Shown here in pieces: positions 42,700 to 56,534 of a stretch of 64,000 bases of DNA (the first letter of the stretch is position 1; each line of letters begins with the position of its first letter). The notes under the pieces were generated by a model. That model had not been told where the DNA came from, searched no databases, and saw only the letters and a program-made list of their open reading frames with translations. The DNA comes from Mobula hypostoma. Its lineage: Eukaryota. The position numbers and the translations under genes were made by a program. The stretch spans positions 46,810,001 through 46,874,000 of the forward strand of contig NC_086107.1 of assembly GCF_963921235.1 (NCBI RefSeq), written 5' to 3'.

Positions 42700-45600
42700 C
42701 TGCTCATTCAGGCTATTGAATTGGTGTATGTGCAGTACCATGTACCTCAGATAGCAGCAGCCATCCTATCCTGCGGGGTTAGGGGGGTATTAGCCATGGG
42801 CACCGCAATTCCAGTACCTACTGTTTAGCATCCAGGAAGTGCCTATCTTTGTGGCATCATTCGTTCTGGACACAGTCACCCAGAATACTGCTGGGTACAG
42901 GATACAGGACAGGCTGGATAGCTTTTCTAGTGAAGGCTTATGGGTAGACCTGAGGAAGAAGAAATATATGACCAAGTTAATGGGATTATATTGCAGGCCA
43001 CCCAACAGTCTGGGATTCAGAGGAGCAAATTAGTAGAGAGATCACAGGCTACTGCAGGAAACATAAGTGTAACTCAGGTTAATTAAGCCCAAAGATGTAA
43101 TGTCAGAAAACTGTGGAGGGATGAAGATGAGAATTACCGAATTTTTAAAAAGAGAACTTGAAAAAAGGGCAATGCGAGAACTAGGCGTTGCTAGCGAGGC
43201 TTGGACAAGTGACAGAAATGCAGCAAACTATAGAAAGTAACTAAAGATAAAAACTGTTAAATGTGGAATTAGTACTAAGTGTCTCTACCCTACATATGGG
43301 AAATCATCAGTATGAAACCCATGGAGGAGAGATGATATCGATAAAAGAGTTATAGAAGCTACGACTATAGCGAGGTGATATCGGTAGAGAGTAGTATCCA
43401 CAGTGTAAACAGTAATTGGGTCTGTTAAATCATATGAAGAGATTTGGTCAGGTTTTTTGAGTGCAAGTATTGTGAATCGACATTCTGTGGATGGCCCACT
43501 ATTTCATCCAATGAACCAAGAAACGAGATGGCAAACCACCCAAGATCGAAGAATCAGCACAGGAATGAAATGTTTCAAAACGTATGGGTATTTAAAACAG
43601 TTGGATGTATATGTTTATTTTTCATTCAAAGGATCTGAATTTGATTTTCTGGAAGAACTGATTACTTTTGCAAATACTTTGATAAGTGATTGAATGAGAT
43701 TTACTTTGTTTAAAAGTTGTGATGTTGGAGATTTGTCATGAAAAGAGTTAAGTTGTAATTATAGAAAAAGTTTGATCTGGTCCTCATGTTGAGGTTCAAG
43801 ATTTTGATGGTATCAGAAAGGATCTGACAAGTGTGGATTGGGATACGTTGTTTCCTGGCAAAGGTGTACTTGATAAGTTTGAGGCCTTCATAAGTGAATT
43901 TTGAGAATATAGAGTTTGTATGCTCCTGTCAGAATAAAAAGCATAGATATCAGATTTAGGGAACCTTGTTTTGAGAGATATTAAGGTTCTGGTTAAGAAA
44001 AAGGAGGTGCATAGCAGGTATAGGCAGGTCACAATAAATGAGGTAATTGAGTACAAGAAATGCAAGACAACACATAAGAAGGAAATCAAGAGGGCTATGA
44101 AAAGGCATGGTTGTTCTAGCAAATAAAGAGAAGGAGATTCCTGAGAACTTCTACAGAGGTTAAGAGCAAAAGGATAGCAATGGACAAAACTGGTCCTCTG
44201 GACGACTGGAGTTGTAATCTGTGTGTGGAGCCGGAAGAGATAGAGTAGATCTTAAATGGGTTTTATTGTATCTGAATTTTCTTGGAAGATGGACAGAGAG
44301 TCAGTAGAGGTGAAGAAAAGCGGTAGTTAGGTCATGGACCCTGTAAGGCAAATTAGGGTGGATAAATCCCCAAGGCCTGACAAGGTGTTCCCTCCGACCC
44401 TGTGGGAGACTAGCACCGAAACTGCAGGGGCCTTAACGGAGATATTGAAATCATCTTACCATGAGTTGGGTGGCGGAGGATTGTAGAAAAGCTAATGCTG
44501 TTGCATTGTTAGGACAGGCTCCAAGTATAACCCAGGAAATTATAGGCCAGTGTGCCTGACATCAGTAGTGGTAAAGTTATTTAAAGGGACTGGATATCTA
44601 AATATTTGGATAGACAGGGACTGATTAGGGATAGTCAACACGGCTTTGTGTGTGGTATGTTGTGCTTAACCAATTATAAGATTTGTCGAGGAAGTTACCA
44701 GGAAAGTTGATGAAGGCAAGTCAGTGGATATTGTCTACGGGGACTTCAGCAAGGCCTTTGACAAGTTCCCAAATGGGAGGTTGGGCAACAAGGTTCAGTC
44801 ATTTGGCATTCAAGATAAGGTAGTAAGTAAGATTAGACATTAACTTCATGGGGGAAGCCAGAGGGTGGTAGTAGATGGTTGCCTCTGACTGGAAGCCCGT
44901 GACTAGTGGTGTGTTGCAGAGATCGGTGCTGGTCCCCCTGTCGTTTGACAGCTGTATAAATGATCTGGATAATAACATGGTAAGCTAGATCAGCAAATTT
45001 GTGGATGACGTCAAGATTGGGGAAGTGAGGAAGACTATCAAATTTTGCAGCAGGATTTGGCCCAGTTGGAAAAGTGGTTGAAAAATGGCAGAGGGAATTA
45101 AACGCAAACAAGAATCAGGATCAGAATCAGGTTTATTATCACCAGCATCTGTTGTGAAATTTGTTAATTTATCAGCAGCAGTTCAATGCAACATATAATA
45201 TAGAAGAAGAAAAAAATAAAGAAAATACAGTATACATATATTGAATCAATTAAAAATCATGCAAAAAACAGAAATAATATATATTTAAAAAGTGGGGTAG
45301 TATTCAAGGGTTCAATGTCCATTTAGGCATTGGATGGCAGAGGGGAAGAAGCTGATCCTGAATCACTGAATGTGTGCCTTTAGGCTTCTGTACCTCCTAC
45401 CTGATGGTAACAGAGAGAAAAAGGGCATGCCCTGGGTGCTGGGGGTCCTTAATAATGGATGCTGCCTTTCTGAGACACCGCTGTTCTGGGTACTTTGTAG
45501 GCTAGTACCCAAGATGGAGCCGACTAAATTTATAACCCTCTGCAGCTTCTTTCGGTCCTGTGCAGTAGCCCCCGCCCCCATACCAGACAGTGATGCAGCC

Positions 45601-46340
45601 TGTCAGAATGCTCTCCACAGTACATCTACAGTGTGAGGTACATCACTTTTGAAGGAGTAGCCAGGGTAGATTTTACACAGTCAGCAGTAGGGCACTGAGG
45701 AGTATTGTAGAACTGAGGAATCTGGGGAATACAGATCCTTAATAGATAGGATCATAAAGAAAGCTTTTGGCAAATTTACCTTCATAGATCAATGTATTTG
45801 AGTACAGAAGTTGGGATGTTATGTTGAAATTGTATGAGACACCAGATTTTGAGTATTCTGTATGGTATTAATTACCTGCCTACAGAAAAGATGTAAGTCA
45901 GATTGAAAGAGTGTAGAGAAAATTTACAAGGATGTTCCAGGACTTGAAACCTGAGTTATACAGAAAGATTGAATAGGCTGGAACTTTGCTCCCTAGAACG
46001 TAGAAGATTGAGGGGAGATTTGATAGAGGTATAGAAAATTATGAGAGGTGTAAATAACGTAAATGCAAGCATACCCTTTCCACCGAGGACAGGTGAGACT
46101 ACAACTAGAGGTCATGTGTTAAGTGTGAAAGGTTAAATGTTTAAGGGGAACATGAGGGGGAACTTCTTCACAGAGAGGGTGGTAGGAGTGTGGAATGAGC
46201 TGCCAGCACAAGTCGTGGATGTGGGTTTGATTTCAACATCTAAAAGAAATTTGGACAGGTACATGGATGATGGGTATGGAGGGCTATAGTCCAGGGACAG
46301 TTCAATGGGACTCTGTAGATTAATGTTTTGACATAGATTC
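42700..46340 (+). mobile_element. Fragmented CR1 LINE with nested insertions
   Basis: APE remnant (GLYCRPPNS), RT remnant (gacttcagcaaggcctttgacaag = DFSKAFDK) and 3' end near 46330; interrupted at ~45115-45630 by an antisense non-LTR tail. Confidence 0.7.
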
Positions 46341-46607
46341 TTTGGCCCATCTAGTCAGTTTCTATGCTGTAGTGTCCTATGACTCTAATGAAACATACAA
46401 TCCACATCACTCTATCTGGGACTTTCAATATTCTCCCCTCATTCATTTAAACCAGTGAGTATGGGTCTAGTGCCAACAAATGCTCCACATGCGTTAATCC
46501 TTTCGTTCACTTCCAGGATATTCTCATAAACCTCCTCTGGACTCTCCCCAGTGCAAACATATCTTTTCTTTCAGGGCCATTTAAATAAGGGGCACAGAAC
46601 TGCTCAC

Positions 46608-49600
46608 AGGGGTTAAACATTACTAGAATAGCATGCCGTTCGCCTGTTGGATGGTTTCTTGGTTTCCGGGAGAGGAAAGTGATTAGTTAGATTAGTTAAA
46701 TTAGACTAGTTTTTTTTGTCTGGGCATTCCTGAGGGGTTCTTTTTGTCAATCATCTTGCTTTTCTTTCTGATTGAATCAGGTTTCGCCCTTTCTTCAGAT
46801 TTAGTTTATGCCTGCGCATTAGTTTACTTTATAAGATATTTAAATTAAATTTTTATTATGGATCTTAATAAAATTAACATAATATCTTGGAATTTAAATG
46901 GTATAAACCAACCTATTAAGCGCAGAAAGATTTTTAAGAAATTGAAAACACTTCATGTGGATATTATTTTTGCGCAGGAGACTCATGCCGGCAGGCAGGA
47001 TGAAAATCGTTTTTTTTTATTTTGGAAGGGAGCCTTATTTCATTCCCTTTCAGTAAATAAAATAAGAGGGGTATCTATTTTTATTAATTCTAAAATCCCT
47101 TTTGTTCATTTTAATACAGTTTCTGATTTAATTGGAAGATATTTAATTGTCACTGGTCTGTTATGTGGTTAAAAGGTGGCTTTGGTGTGTGTATATGCAC
47201 CTAATATAGATAGTCCTGAATTTTTTAAGAAGCTATTTCCTGTGTTGCCGAATTTAAATGAATATAAGTTGATTATGGGAGGTGACTTTAACTGTTGGCT
47301 CAATCTGTTGATTGACATTTCGTCCACCAATCCGTCGCTTCCAAATAAAGCTGCGACTTCTGTTAATTCTTTTTTATTAGAATACGGTTTGGTGAATATT
47401 TGGAGATTTAAAAATCCTAAAGAAAAAGACATTTCTTTTTTTCACATGTATACCACAAACATTCAAGAATTGATTATATTTTGCTGGACACGTGATTGGT
47501 GCCCTCTGTTGCTGAGTGTGCGTATGATGTGATTGCGTTGTTGGATTATGCATCTATGAAACTAACTTTGAAGTTTTCTGATAATATTCAGGTACCTCAG
47601 TGGAGACTTAATGTTTCATTGTTGCAAGATTCAACCTTTGTAAATTTTATTAATGAGCAAATTTCCCTATTTTTTGAATTAAATACAACTGAGGGAATGT
47701 CAAAATTGGTTATTTAGGATTCGATGAAAGCTTTTCTTAGGGGACAGATAATTTCATACTCAGTAGGTTTAAGAAGAAAAACTAAGGCAGAACTTTTACT
47801 GTTTACTAATAGGATTAAAGAAATAGAAAAGGTTTATTCTGTAATGTCTAATGAAGATCGCTTTAAGGAAAAGGTGGAACTCCAAACACAGCATGATTTG
47901 CTTTCGACTTATCCCATTGAAGAGCAACTTCTTAAATCCAAACACCAATTTTATTTACATAGAGACAAGTCGGGCAAATTATTAGCTGGTCAGTTAAAAG
48001 CAAATATGGCTAGAAGACAGATCCCTAAAATACAAAGACCCGATAGAAATGAAACAGTAGATCCTTATGAAATTAATAAGATATTTATGGATTTCTACTC
48101 TAATCTTTATAAATGAGAATTTTCAGACAATATTACTTTTATGAATAGATTAATGCAAAAATTGAATATACCTAAAGTTTCTATTCAAGATATGAATACA
48201 TTAGATGCACCTATTAAACAAGTGGAAATAGCAAGGACTATATCGTCTATCCAATCAGCTAAGGCTCCGGGACCGGATGAATGTACAGTGGAATTTTATA
48301 TGACTTTCACCGATACACTTACACCTCATTTATGTCAAATTTTAGCCGCTTCTATATCCTCTGGGACTCTACTGAAAACTTCCTATGAGGCTTCAATCTC
48401 TTTAATTCCTAAAAAAGATGAAGATCTTGGCTAGTAGACTTGAGAGTATTTTCCCTACTGTTATTTCCAATGACCAAACTGGATTTATTAAAAATAGATA
48501 TTCACATTTTAACATTCAAAGATCATTAAACATTATTCATTCTTCTCCATCTAAAGAACCTGAATGTGCTGTTTCTCTTGATGCAGAGAAAGCCTTTGAT
48601 AGGGTGGAGTGGTCCTACTCATTTGAGGTTTTGGAAAGATTTAATCTTGGCCCGGGATTTATTTCCCGAATCAAATTGATCTATCATGCCCCTATGGCTG
48701 CGGTTATAACTAATAATCAAAAATCTCCCTATTTTAGATTATATAGAGGTACTCAGCAGGGATGTCCTCTTTGCCCTTTATTATTTAACTTGGCTTTAGA
48801 ACCCCTTGCTATTGCTCTTAGAGATTCTAATACTGTCTAGGGTATTAAGAGAGGGGACAAAATACATAAGGTTTCATTATGTGCAGATGACCTGTTAGTT
48901 TATATTTCAGATCCTAAGAAATTTATTCCTTCTATGTTACCTGTATTTTCTGAATTCAGTAGTTTTTCTGGGTATAAATTAAATTTACATGAAAGTGAGT
49001 TATTTCCTATTAATAGTTACTCAGATCCAAATCATAAAGTACCTTTTAGTATTGCTAAAAATTACTTTACCTATCTTGGTATTAAAATTACTAAAAATTT
49101 TAAGGACCTGTATAAATATAATTTTTTTCCATTAATTGAATACACCAAACAAACGCTTTCTAAATGGTCGCCTATGACATTATCATTAATAGGTCGAATT
49201 AATGCTATTAAAATGATAGTTTTACCGAAATTCTTATATATATTTCAGGCAGTTCCTTTGTTCCTAAAACGTTCTTTGACAGAATAGATTTTATAATCTT
49301 ATCTTATATTTGGAACAATAAAAATCCTAGATTGAGTAAACCCTCATTGCAGAAATTTAAAAAGGATGGTGGTATGGCTTTGCCAAATTTTAGAATGTAT
49401 TACTGGGCAATTAATATTTGATATATTACTTTTCGGATTCACTACTCAGATATACATGAATGTCCTTCATGGTTGGATTTGGAGGAAAACTCGGTGAAGG
49501 GGTTCTCTTTGGCCTCTTTACTGGGAGCTCCTCTTCCTTTTTAGTTTTCTAAGATTAGTAGACAAGATTTTAATCCCATTATTAAACATACATTAAGAAT

Positions 49601-50929
49601 TTGGTTTCAGTTTCATAGATTTTTTGAGTTAAATAATTTTATTCTTTCTAGTAATATCCATCTTAATTTTTTTTTTAAACCAACAATTTTGGATAAGGCC
49701 CTTTTAGTTTGGAAAACCAAGGGAATAATAACTTTTTCAGATTTGTTTTTAGGGGATTGTTTAATGTCTTTTTCTCAGTTAGTGGATAAATATGATTTAT
49801 CCAATGTACACTTTTTTAGATATTTACAAATTAGGAATTTTTTACATGGTTTGTTGCCAAATTACCCTTCTGTTTATCCACCTAATTTGACAGATGCTCT
49901 CTTTCAGTTTAAACCATTTCAAAAATGGTTGATAGCTATAATCTATGAACAGTTATTGAAGTCACAAATTATATCTAATGATAAAATTAAACGTGCTTGG
50001 GAATCAGAATTTCAAGAGTCATTTTCAGATAATCAATGGAGTAATATTTTTCATTTGTTAGTAACTCATCTATTTGTGCCCATCATTCCTTGATACAGTT
50101 CAAGGTAGTGCATCAGACTCATATGTCAAAGGATAAACTAGCACGTATTTTTTCCAATATTAATCCTATTTGTGATAGATGTAATATTGAGGTGGCCACT
50201 TTAACTCGTATGTCTTGGTCTTCTATAAAGCTAGATAATTTTTGGAGAGATGTTTTTAAAACGCTATCAAAATTCTTTGATTTGGATTTACAACCTAATT
50301 TATTTACAGCAATTTTTGGGACTATCCCATTGGAAGCAGGAAATACTGTATTCCTGTTTACGCTCAACGTATGATAGCCTTTTCGACTTTATTGGCCAGG
50401 AGAGCCATTTTATTGAAGTGGAAGGATTCTAATCCACATACTGTCTTTTATTGGCTTTCCTCCATTATGTCCTGTTTAAGTTTAGAGAAAATAAGAAGTT
50501 GGACATTTGATACATCCTTTAATTTGAGCAAATATGGCAAACTTTTATATTTTCATTTGATTTGATTTATTACTCTTCCAATTACTTTATTTTTTTTCAA
50601 AGTTTTAGAGTCGATCAGAAAGTCTTCTTTTTTCTTGGTTGTATTCTCCAAATGGACTGCCCAGTCCTTTTTTTTAGTGCAGTGGGTATTTTTTCCCCTC
50701 ATTTTAAATTTCAAGTTTTTTTCCTCTCTTTAGAAATTGCTAAGAGGAGAATCAGTTGTCATTTTTTTATTATATATTGCATATTTGCTTATTACTATGT
50801 ATGATTATGATAGTATCTATTTCATCTTTTGTTTATATTGTTGTTGATATATATATTTGAGATAATCCTCCCCTTGTCTGTATATGTTTTCTTCAAATCA
50901 ATAAAAAGATTAATAAAGAAGAAGAAAAA
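46608..50929 (+). mobile_element. 5'-truncated L1 LINE with decayed near-complete ORF2
   Basis: ISWNLNG/QETH/GGDFN endonuclease; DQTGF, LDAEKAFDRVEW, GTQQGCPL, ADD reverse transcriptase; CDRC C-terminus; A-rich tail; 10-bp TSD AACTGCTCAC at 46598-46607 and 50930-50939. Many stops and frameshifts. Confidence 0.93.
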
Positions 50930-50962
50930 AACTGCTCACTAAACTCCAGATGCTGTCTGACC

Positions 50963-51770
50963 TGTTGTGTTTGTTATTGAGGGATAGTGCAGAGCACACC
51001 AGGATGTCAGTCTGTAGGAAACTCAACTGAACTTTATTGTTATCCAAGCTTGTACAGTATGTGAACTCCTCCCATGTGGAAATGGTATAGGAATAATACT
51101 ATTAACTACCACTACATCTCCCTTTCCTGAAAATAAGAGAAAAACTATGTACTTTTTGCCTATAGAACTGCACTGAAATTATAGTCACTGATACTGAGTG
51201 ATTCAGTTCATTTTACCCATAGCACGTAACTTATGCTCTTACACAAACATCGAAAAGAACTGCCAACATTATGACAATCTTTTGCTTTGTTTTTAACAAT
51301 TTCTCTCTCTCTCTCTCTCTCTCTGTATTTCTCCCCTTTTCACCAATTCCCCTTTAAGAGCAGTCTCATTTTTTAAAAATGTTTTCAACATTAGAACTCA
51401 CTAAAAAAAACACTAAATCTAATGGAGGTCGGGGTAGACTACCTGAATGCTCTGGCAAAGTGAGAGGATTATTCTGCCTCTTTGATCACTTGCCCTAAGC
51501 TATTAGGCGATGGTATATATCATTGTGGTGGGACAGATAAACAACCCGATCTAATATAGGTTCCTGGAAGTGTTGCAGCAGATGGAGATTCTTGAACAGG
51601 TGCGTCCGCCTCAGGTAAGTGGTCCTCGTCATGAGGGTCAGGCCACTCTATTTCTCTCTCTACAGATCATAAACATTGAACGCACACGAGTTGACGCCTG
51701 TTTTCACCTTGTGATGTTCTGATCGGAAACGGACCGTGGTGCATGCTACTGGATTGTTGTTCAAGGCCTG
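50963..51770 (-). mobile_element. Gypsy-like LTR retrotransposon 3' end (short LTR 50963-51116)
   Basis: On the minus strand a polypurine tract (CAGGAAAGGGAGA) abuts TGTAG...CAACA with an internal AATAAA; weak integrase-tail remnant (SQGENRRQL). Inner boundary uncertain. Confidence 0.55.
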
Positions 51771-54029
51771 TATATAATTGGAGGAGATGGAGTTAGAGCA
51801 TAAGCTGGCCACATAATCATGAGTGTACAGGGAATACAGTAGGGGGCTGTGGTGTGCGAGTGTTGAGGATGATCATGACAGAGGTGTTGCTGCTTATCCA
51901 TACTACTTGTGGTCTGTTGGTCAGGAAGTTGAGGCTTCAGTTGTAAAGGAAGGTGTTGTGCCTCAGATCTTGGATTTTGGAGATTAGTGAGTTTGGATTT
52001 ATAGTACAGAAGTAAGAGTTGTAATCAGTAAGTAATAGTCTAAAGTAGGTGTTTACCATTGAAATGTTCTAGTGATGAATGTAAGGCCAAAGAGATGGGT
52101 TCTGGCAGTGTAAGGCCAATTGAAGTGGGTCAAGCTTATCTGGGAGGCTGTAGTTAATGCATTGCATGCCATTACTGGCCTCAGAAAGCATTTCACAACT
52201 GTGGATCTCAGAGCCTCCGAGTTGTAAGGCTTGAGATCTGAAATTCTTTCCCTAAACATCTCCACCACTCTAACCTGTTTCAAGCCTCCTAAGTCTTGTT
52301 TATTTAATGTAATATTACTTTATGTGAAGCAGTGTCAACGTTTCTTTGTTAAGTATGCTGAATGTATGACATGAATGCAAGTCTCTGGTAAAATGCCCTT
52401 GAAGTAGCAAATCATTGTTGATGTACTACCAGCTCTAGCTACAACTCACTGGGGGCTCAAATGCATGGGAAGCAGGAGGGAAAGGTTTTCTTGCATTGCT
52501 CCCTTCAAGTATCTGGTAATCATTAAAATAAACTATGCTTGTGTTTTCTTTTAATAGATCATGCATTTTCCTTACAAGTTAATAATCCAATCAAGTTTAC
52601 ATCAATTATACTTAAAATACAACATTGTTGTTAATTCCAGACTTGAGTCATATTTTTAAGAAACATTTAAATTGCAAAAAAAATGTGAACACCCACTGGC
52701 AGATTGGAAGAACAAGAGACTGCAGATGCTGGAATGTGCAGCAACATACAGTCTGCTGGAGGAATTCGGCATGTTTGGCAGCATCGGTGGAAGGAAGGAA
52801 ATTATCTGCGTTTCTGGTGGAAAACCTACACCAACATTCAGCATGGAGAGGGTAAGGGGAGTGGCCTGAAAGGACTCCCAAGTGATTGGTGCACCTGAGG
52901 GGTGTAAATGACAGGTAGGTAGTGCCAGGTAAGGGAGGGAAGCAGTGGTGGAATTGAAAGACTGGGGCAGATGAATGATAAATGGAGACAGACACTGACA
53001 GATTGTCTAATGTTTGATGGTGGAGGTCAAAGACAATATGGGCCCCATTATTTCATTTTGTAAAATTTGCAGCAATAGAGTAGAATTTATCACGAAGAAC
53101 TTTGAGGGATTGGTGAATTCCCACCCTGGGATGCAAAATAAAGCAGCATTTCCACCATGTACAAGCTTTATTTAGCCATCCATTTATTTTTAACTGTGTT
53201 TATATTTATATAATAGTTTATATTCTTCCATATGAGGAAACCTCTATTCATCCTATGATTACCCTCAGGATTTTCTTTCTTTCAATCAAGTCCCCCATCC
53301 TTGTAAGTGTCAGCAGATACTATCTCAGACTGTCTAACCTTTCTTCAACCCTCTTATTCCAGTATCAGTTCAGTAAATTTTGTCTGAACTGCTTCCAATA
53401 TTTCAATATATTCCCTTAATTAATGAGACCAGTACTGTACAAGTACTCCAGATGACTAAAGCATCATCTAGCTAAAACATAACCTCCCTACTTTGGTATG
53501 TATGCAATTTTCTCTATTAATAAGCAATAATATTCTGTAAGCTTTCCAGAATTTGCTGCAACTGGATATGAACTGGTTGGGATTCATGCACATCCAGTAA
53601 CTTATCCCTCAGCTCTGCAATCTTTCATTATGCTTCTTTTCATATTAACATTTAAATATTTTAACTTTGTGCTCCATTTGCCAGATTGATAATTACCACA
53701 ATCTATCTGCATCAATTTATAGCCTCTTTTTGACTTCTTTACAATTTTTTTGTGCCTTTCATTGTGTCAAAAGCAAATTTAGCAACTAAACCTTTAGTCC
53801 CTTCATCTGTTATATGAAAAGCAGAGGCCTAAGTAAAAATCCATGTAACACTCCTCTCTCTGTATCTTGCCAAATAGAAAAATAACCTAATTATGTAGTC
53901 TACCCAATTTCCTGTTAGCCAGCCAATCTTCCATCCAAGTCAATATAACCACGTGCATCATTATCTTTTATTTTCAATAATAACACTTAAAAAGTGTCCT
54001 GGAAAGTATAAGCACAATATTTTATATTG

Positions 54030-54300
54030 AGTAGCATTCCAGTTAGCACGGCACTATTACAGTTTGGGGCATCAGAGTTCTGAGTTCAATTCCAGTGTCC
54101 TCTGCAAGGAAGTTTGTATATTCTTCCCAAGTGCGCTTGGGTTTCCTCCAGGTGTTCTAGTTTCCTCCTACAGCCAAAGAGGTTGTAGATTAATAGTTCA
54201 TTGTAAATTGTCCTGTGATTAGGCGAGGGGTTAAATCAGCCGATTGGTGGTCAGCATAGCTCAGTGGGCCAGAAGGGCCTGTTCCCCACTGTATCTCTAG
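54030..54300 (+). mobile_element. V-SINE (HE1-like)
   Basis: tRNA-like head (gagttcaattcc B-box) and core GTTTCCTCCAGGTGTTCTAGTTTCCTCC. Confidence 0.65.
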
Positions 54301-55872
54301 AGAAATAAAAATAAATAATTCCTCATTATCCAGAGATCAATGAACTAGTAAAACATAATTTTCCCTTCACAGAAACGCGCTGATTTTTCTTAAAATTGCT
54401 GCATTTATCTAAGGGTGTGCTAGAACATTTTAATAATAGCTTCTCCGTTTAGTAACTTCCCTGTGTCAGATGTCAAGCTAGCCCAGAGTTTGTGTCTTTG
54501 CATCTCTCTCCCTTTTGGAAATAAGGAGTTGGATTTTTTTTGCTTCCCAATCCCAGTGGAACTTTTCTTGATTCCAGGGAATTTGGGAAGATTAAAACCA
54601 ATATAGTTACAAACTCTGAAAATCTTAATTAAAGCCAAATTGCAGACAATGGAAAACTAAAATAAAAACAGAAAACACTGGAAATACTCAACAGGTCAGG
54701 TGACATCTGTGGAAGAGAAGCAAAAGTATGCTCCATATTGATCTTTCATTGGAAACAGGAAGGAAAGATGGTTGGTAAGCTGCAGAGAGAGTGAGTGAGG
54801 TCTTCCATAGTGTAAAACTGGGGTCATTGAAGAAGGGCCTTCAACCTGAATGATAAATCTGTTTCTCTTCCCACCGATGAGGCTTGACTTAATGACTATT
54901 TCTAGCATCTTGTTTTATTAATTACACCAATATTGCCACTATCCACTTATTCCAATACTCCAGCATGACATCTATCAGGACCCTAGGAACGTGTCAACCT
55001 ACAGCTCCAATAAGCTCACTACAGTAAAACGACATTAATCTGCTATTCAGCGACTTGGAAATAATAAGGTATCTGACTCATCCGGTGATGCTTGTTGTGC
55101 ACCCCTTCAAATCCCCCAGGCCCTGGTTCCAGGGCTCAGTTTAAATATGAAGGCACAAGAGCCTTCAAATTTAAACTGGTATCTGCAGCGAAAGACAACC
55201 AGTTGGAGGAATACTGCAGACCAGGCATCATCAGCTGAGGGAAATGGACAGTCCAGATGATAGGTCTCGATCCGGAACGCCGACTGTCTATTTTCATTTA
55301 CAGATGCCAAGTGAGACGCAGAGCTCCTTCACCGGTTTGCTTCAGCTTGCACTGTTGTAATGAATTGATTTGTATGGACGGTATGCAAGACAAGTGCTTT
55401 CAGTGTACCTCAGCCCGTACGACAAGAAAAACAAATCTACCATTTTTTAATTCCTGTCTCAGCCTCTTACGTCACCAATTGATTTGCTAGGTTTGCTGAA
55501 AAAAAATCAATATATTATTAAAAAACATCATAAGGTAGAGGGGAGGCTGGAGTTGAAACTGAGGGGAGGGAATGGGAACAGAAAGGGAGCGGATGAGAGT
55601 GGAGCAGCGATGGGAGATACTGTATTCCAATGAGGAGGGCGCTGATCAGGAGTTGTTGCTCTTTCTGACATGGTCGGTCTTCTGAAGCTGGTAATGCAGA
55701 CAGCGTCCCACGGCATCCTGAGTTTTAAGTGTTCTGGACCCGTGGGATGAAAGCTCATCGATGTCCAGGTTGCCTCGGCTTTCTCGCCCCGCCGTCGATG
55801 AAAATGCTGGCGCAAAGTTCTACCCTCACCTATACTGTACTGCTCAAGCGCAGCGCCTCGCCTCGCCCTCCC

Positions 55873-55892
55873 GAAAGTGAAAGAAAGGAAGT
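55873..55892 (+). promoter_or_regulatory. ISRE/IRF element with adjacent ETS site
   Basis: GAAAGTGAAAG fits GAAANNGAAA and is followed by AAAGGAAGT; it ends 48 nt before the ATG. Confidence 0.65.
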
Positions 55893-55940
55893 GGCCACGA
55901 TAGGCGTTCACACGGAGAAATGCAGGAAAGTAAAGAGGCC

Positions 55941-56016
55941 ATGGCCTGCGCCCGGAAACTTTCGCCGCGCCTCGTACCCCGGGTGGTCGCGCTGTTGGCT
56001 CTGCTCCGACTTTCAG
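55941..56016 (+). CDS. Signal-peptide (leader) exon of a second gene: MACARKLSPRLVPRVVALLALLRLS
   Basis: Not in the ORF track. Strong Kozak gaggccATGG, basic n-region, hydrophobic h-region and phase-1 donor TCAG|GTAAAA; no downstream exon recognised in the window. Confidence 0.8.
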
Positions 56017-56534
56017 GTAAAACGAGGGACGGGGTCTCTGATCCAATGATCTAGGCTTCGGGGTTGAGGGTTATGCCGAGGCTGCTGCATGGACTTCCGG
56101 GATTTACAGGCACGATTAAGGCAAAGTGAATCTCCCACTAAATCACAGATTAGATTCTCATATCGGTTTCTATATTTTTAAGTGTATGGAAATATTTCTA
56201 TATGTTTACCCTTCCCGATTTTGGGTGCCCCCGAGGTCATTGACTAGAGGCAGGTACTGAATTGGGTATCGTTGTTTACATCCCCTTCCCAGGAGATCAG
56301 TAAGACATGAGAAATACAAGGTCAGTGTAGGTCTCAGGAGTTGCTCCAATGGTGTCATCTGATTTAAATTTACTCGCTTGTAAAGTTCACATGGATAATT
56401 AAGGCTTGTCTGCATCTAATATCTTATGGATGGCCTATAGATACTTGGGCTTTTCACATACCTTAGGTTATTTCATATTCTCTTGTCCCTTTCCTCCACA
56501 CTAAAAAGAAACAACAAGACTGGATGTTTTTCAT

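Larger units (their letters stand above)
55690..56110 (+). promoter_or_regulatory. GC/CpG-rich promoter region of a second gene
   Basis: Local CpG enrichment in an AT-rich, CpG-poor window, surrounding a leader exon. Confidence 0.7.

Noticed and set aside
43060-43800. Non-CR1 stretch with a 78-aa ORF inside the CR1
   Set aside because: Possibly an old TE fragment, but no motif could be assigned with confidence.
55528-56049. Long ORFs on both strands (172 aa minus, 106 aa plus)
   Set aside because: By-products of high GC at the promoter; the convincing coding signal is the short leader exon in a different frame.
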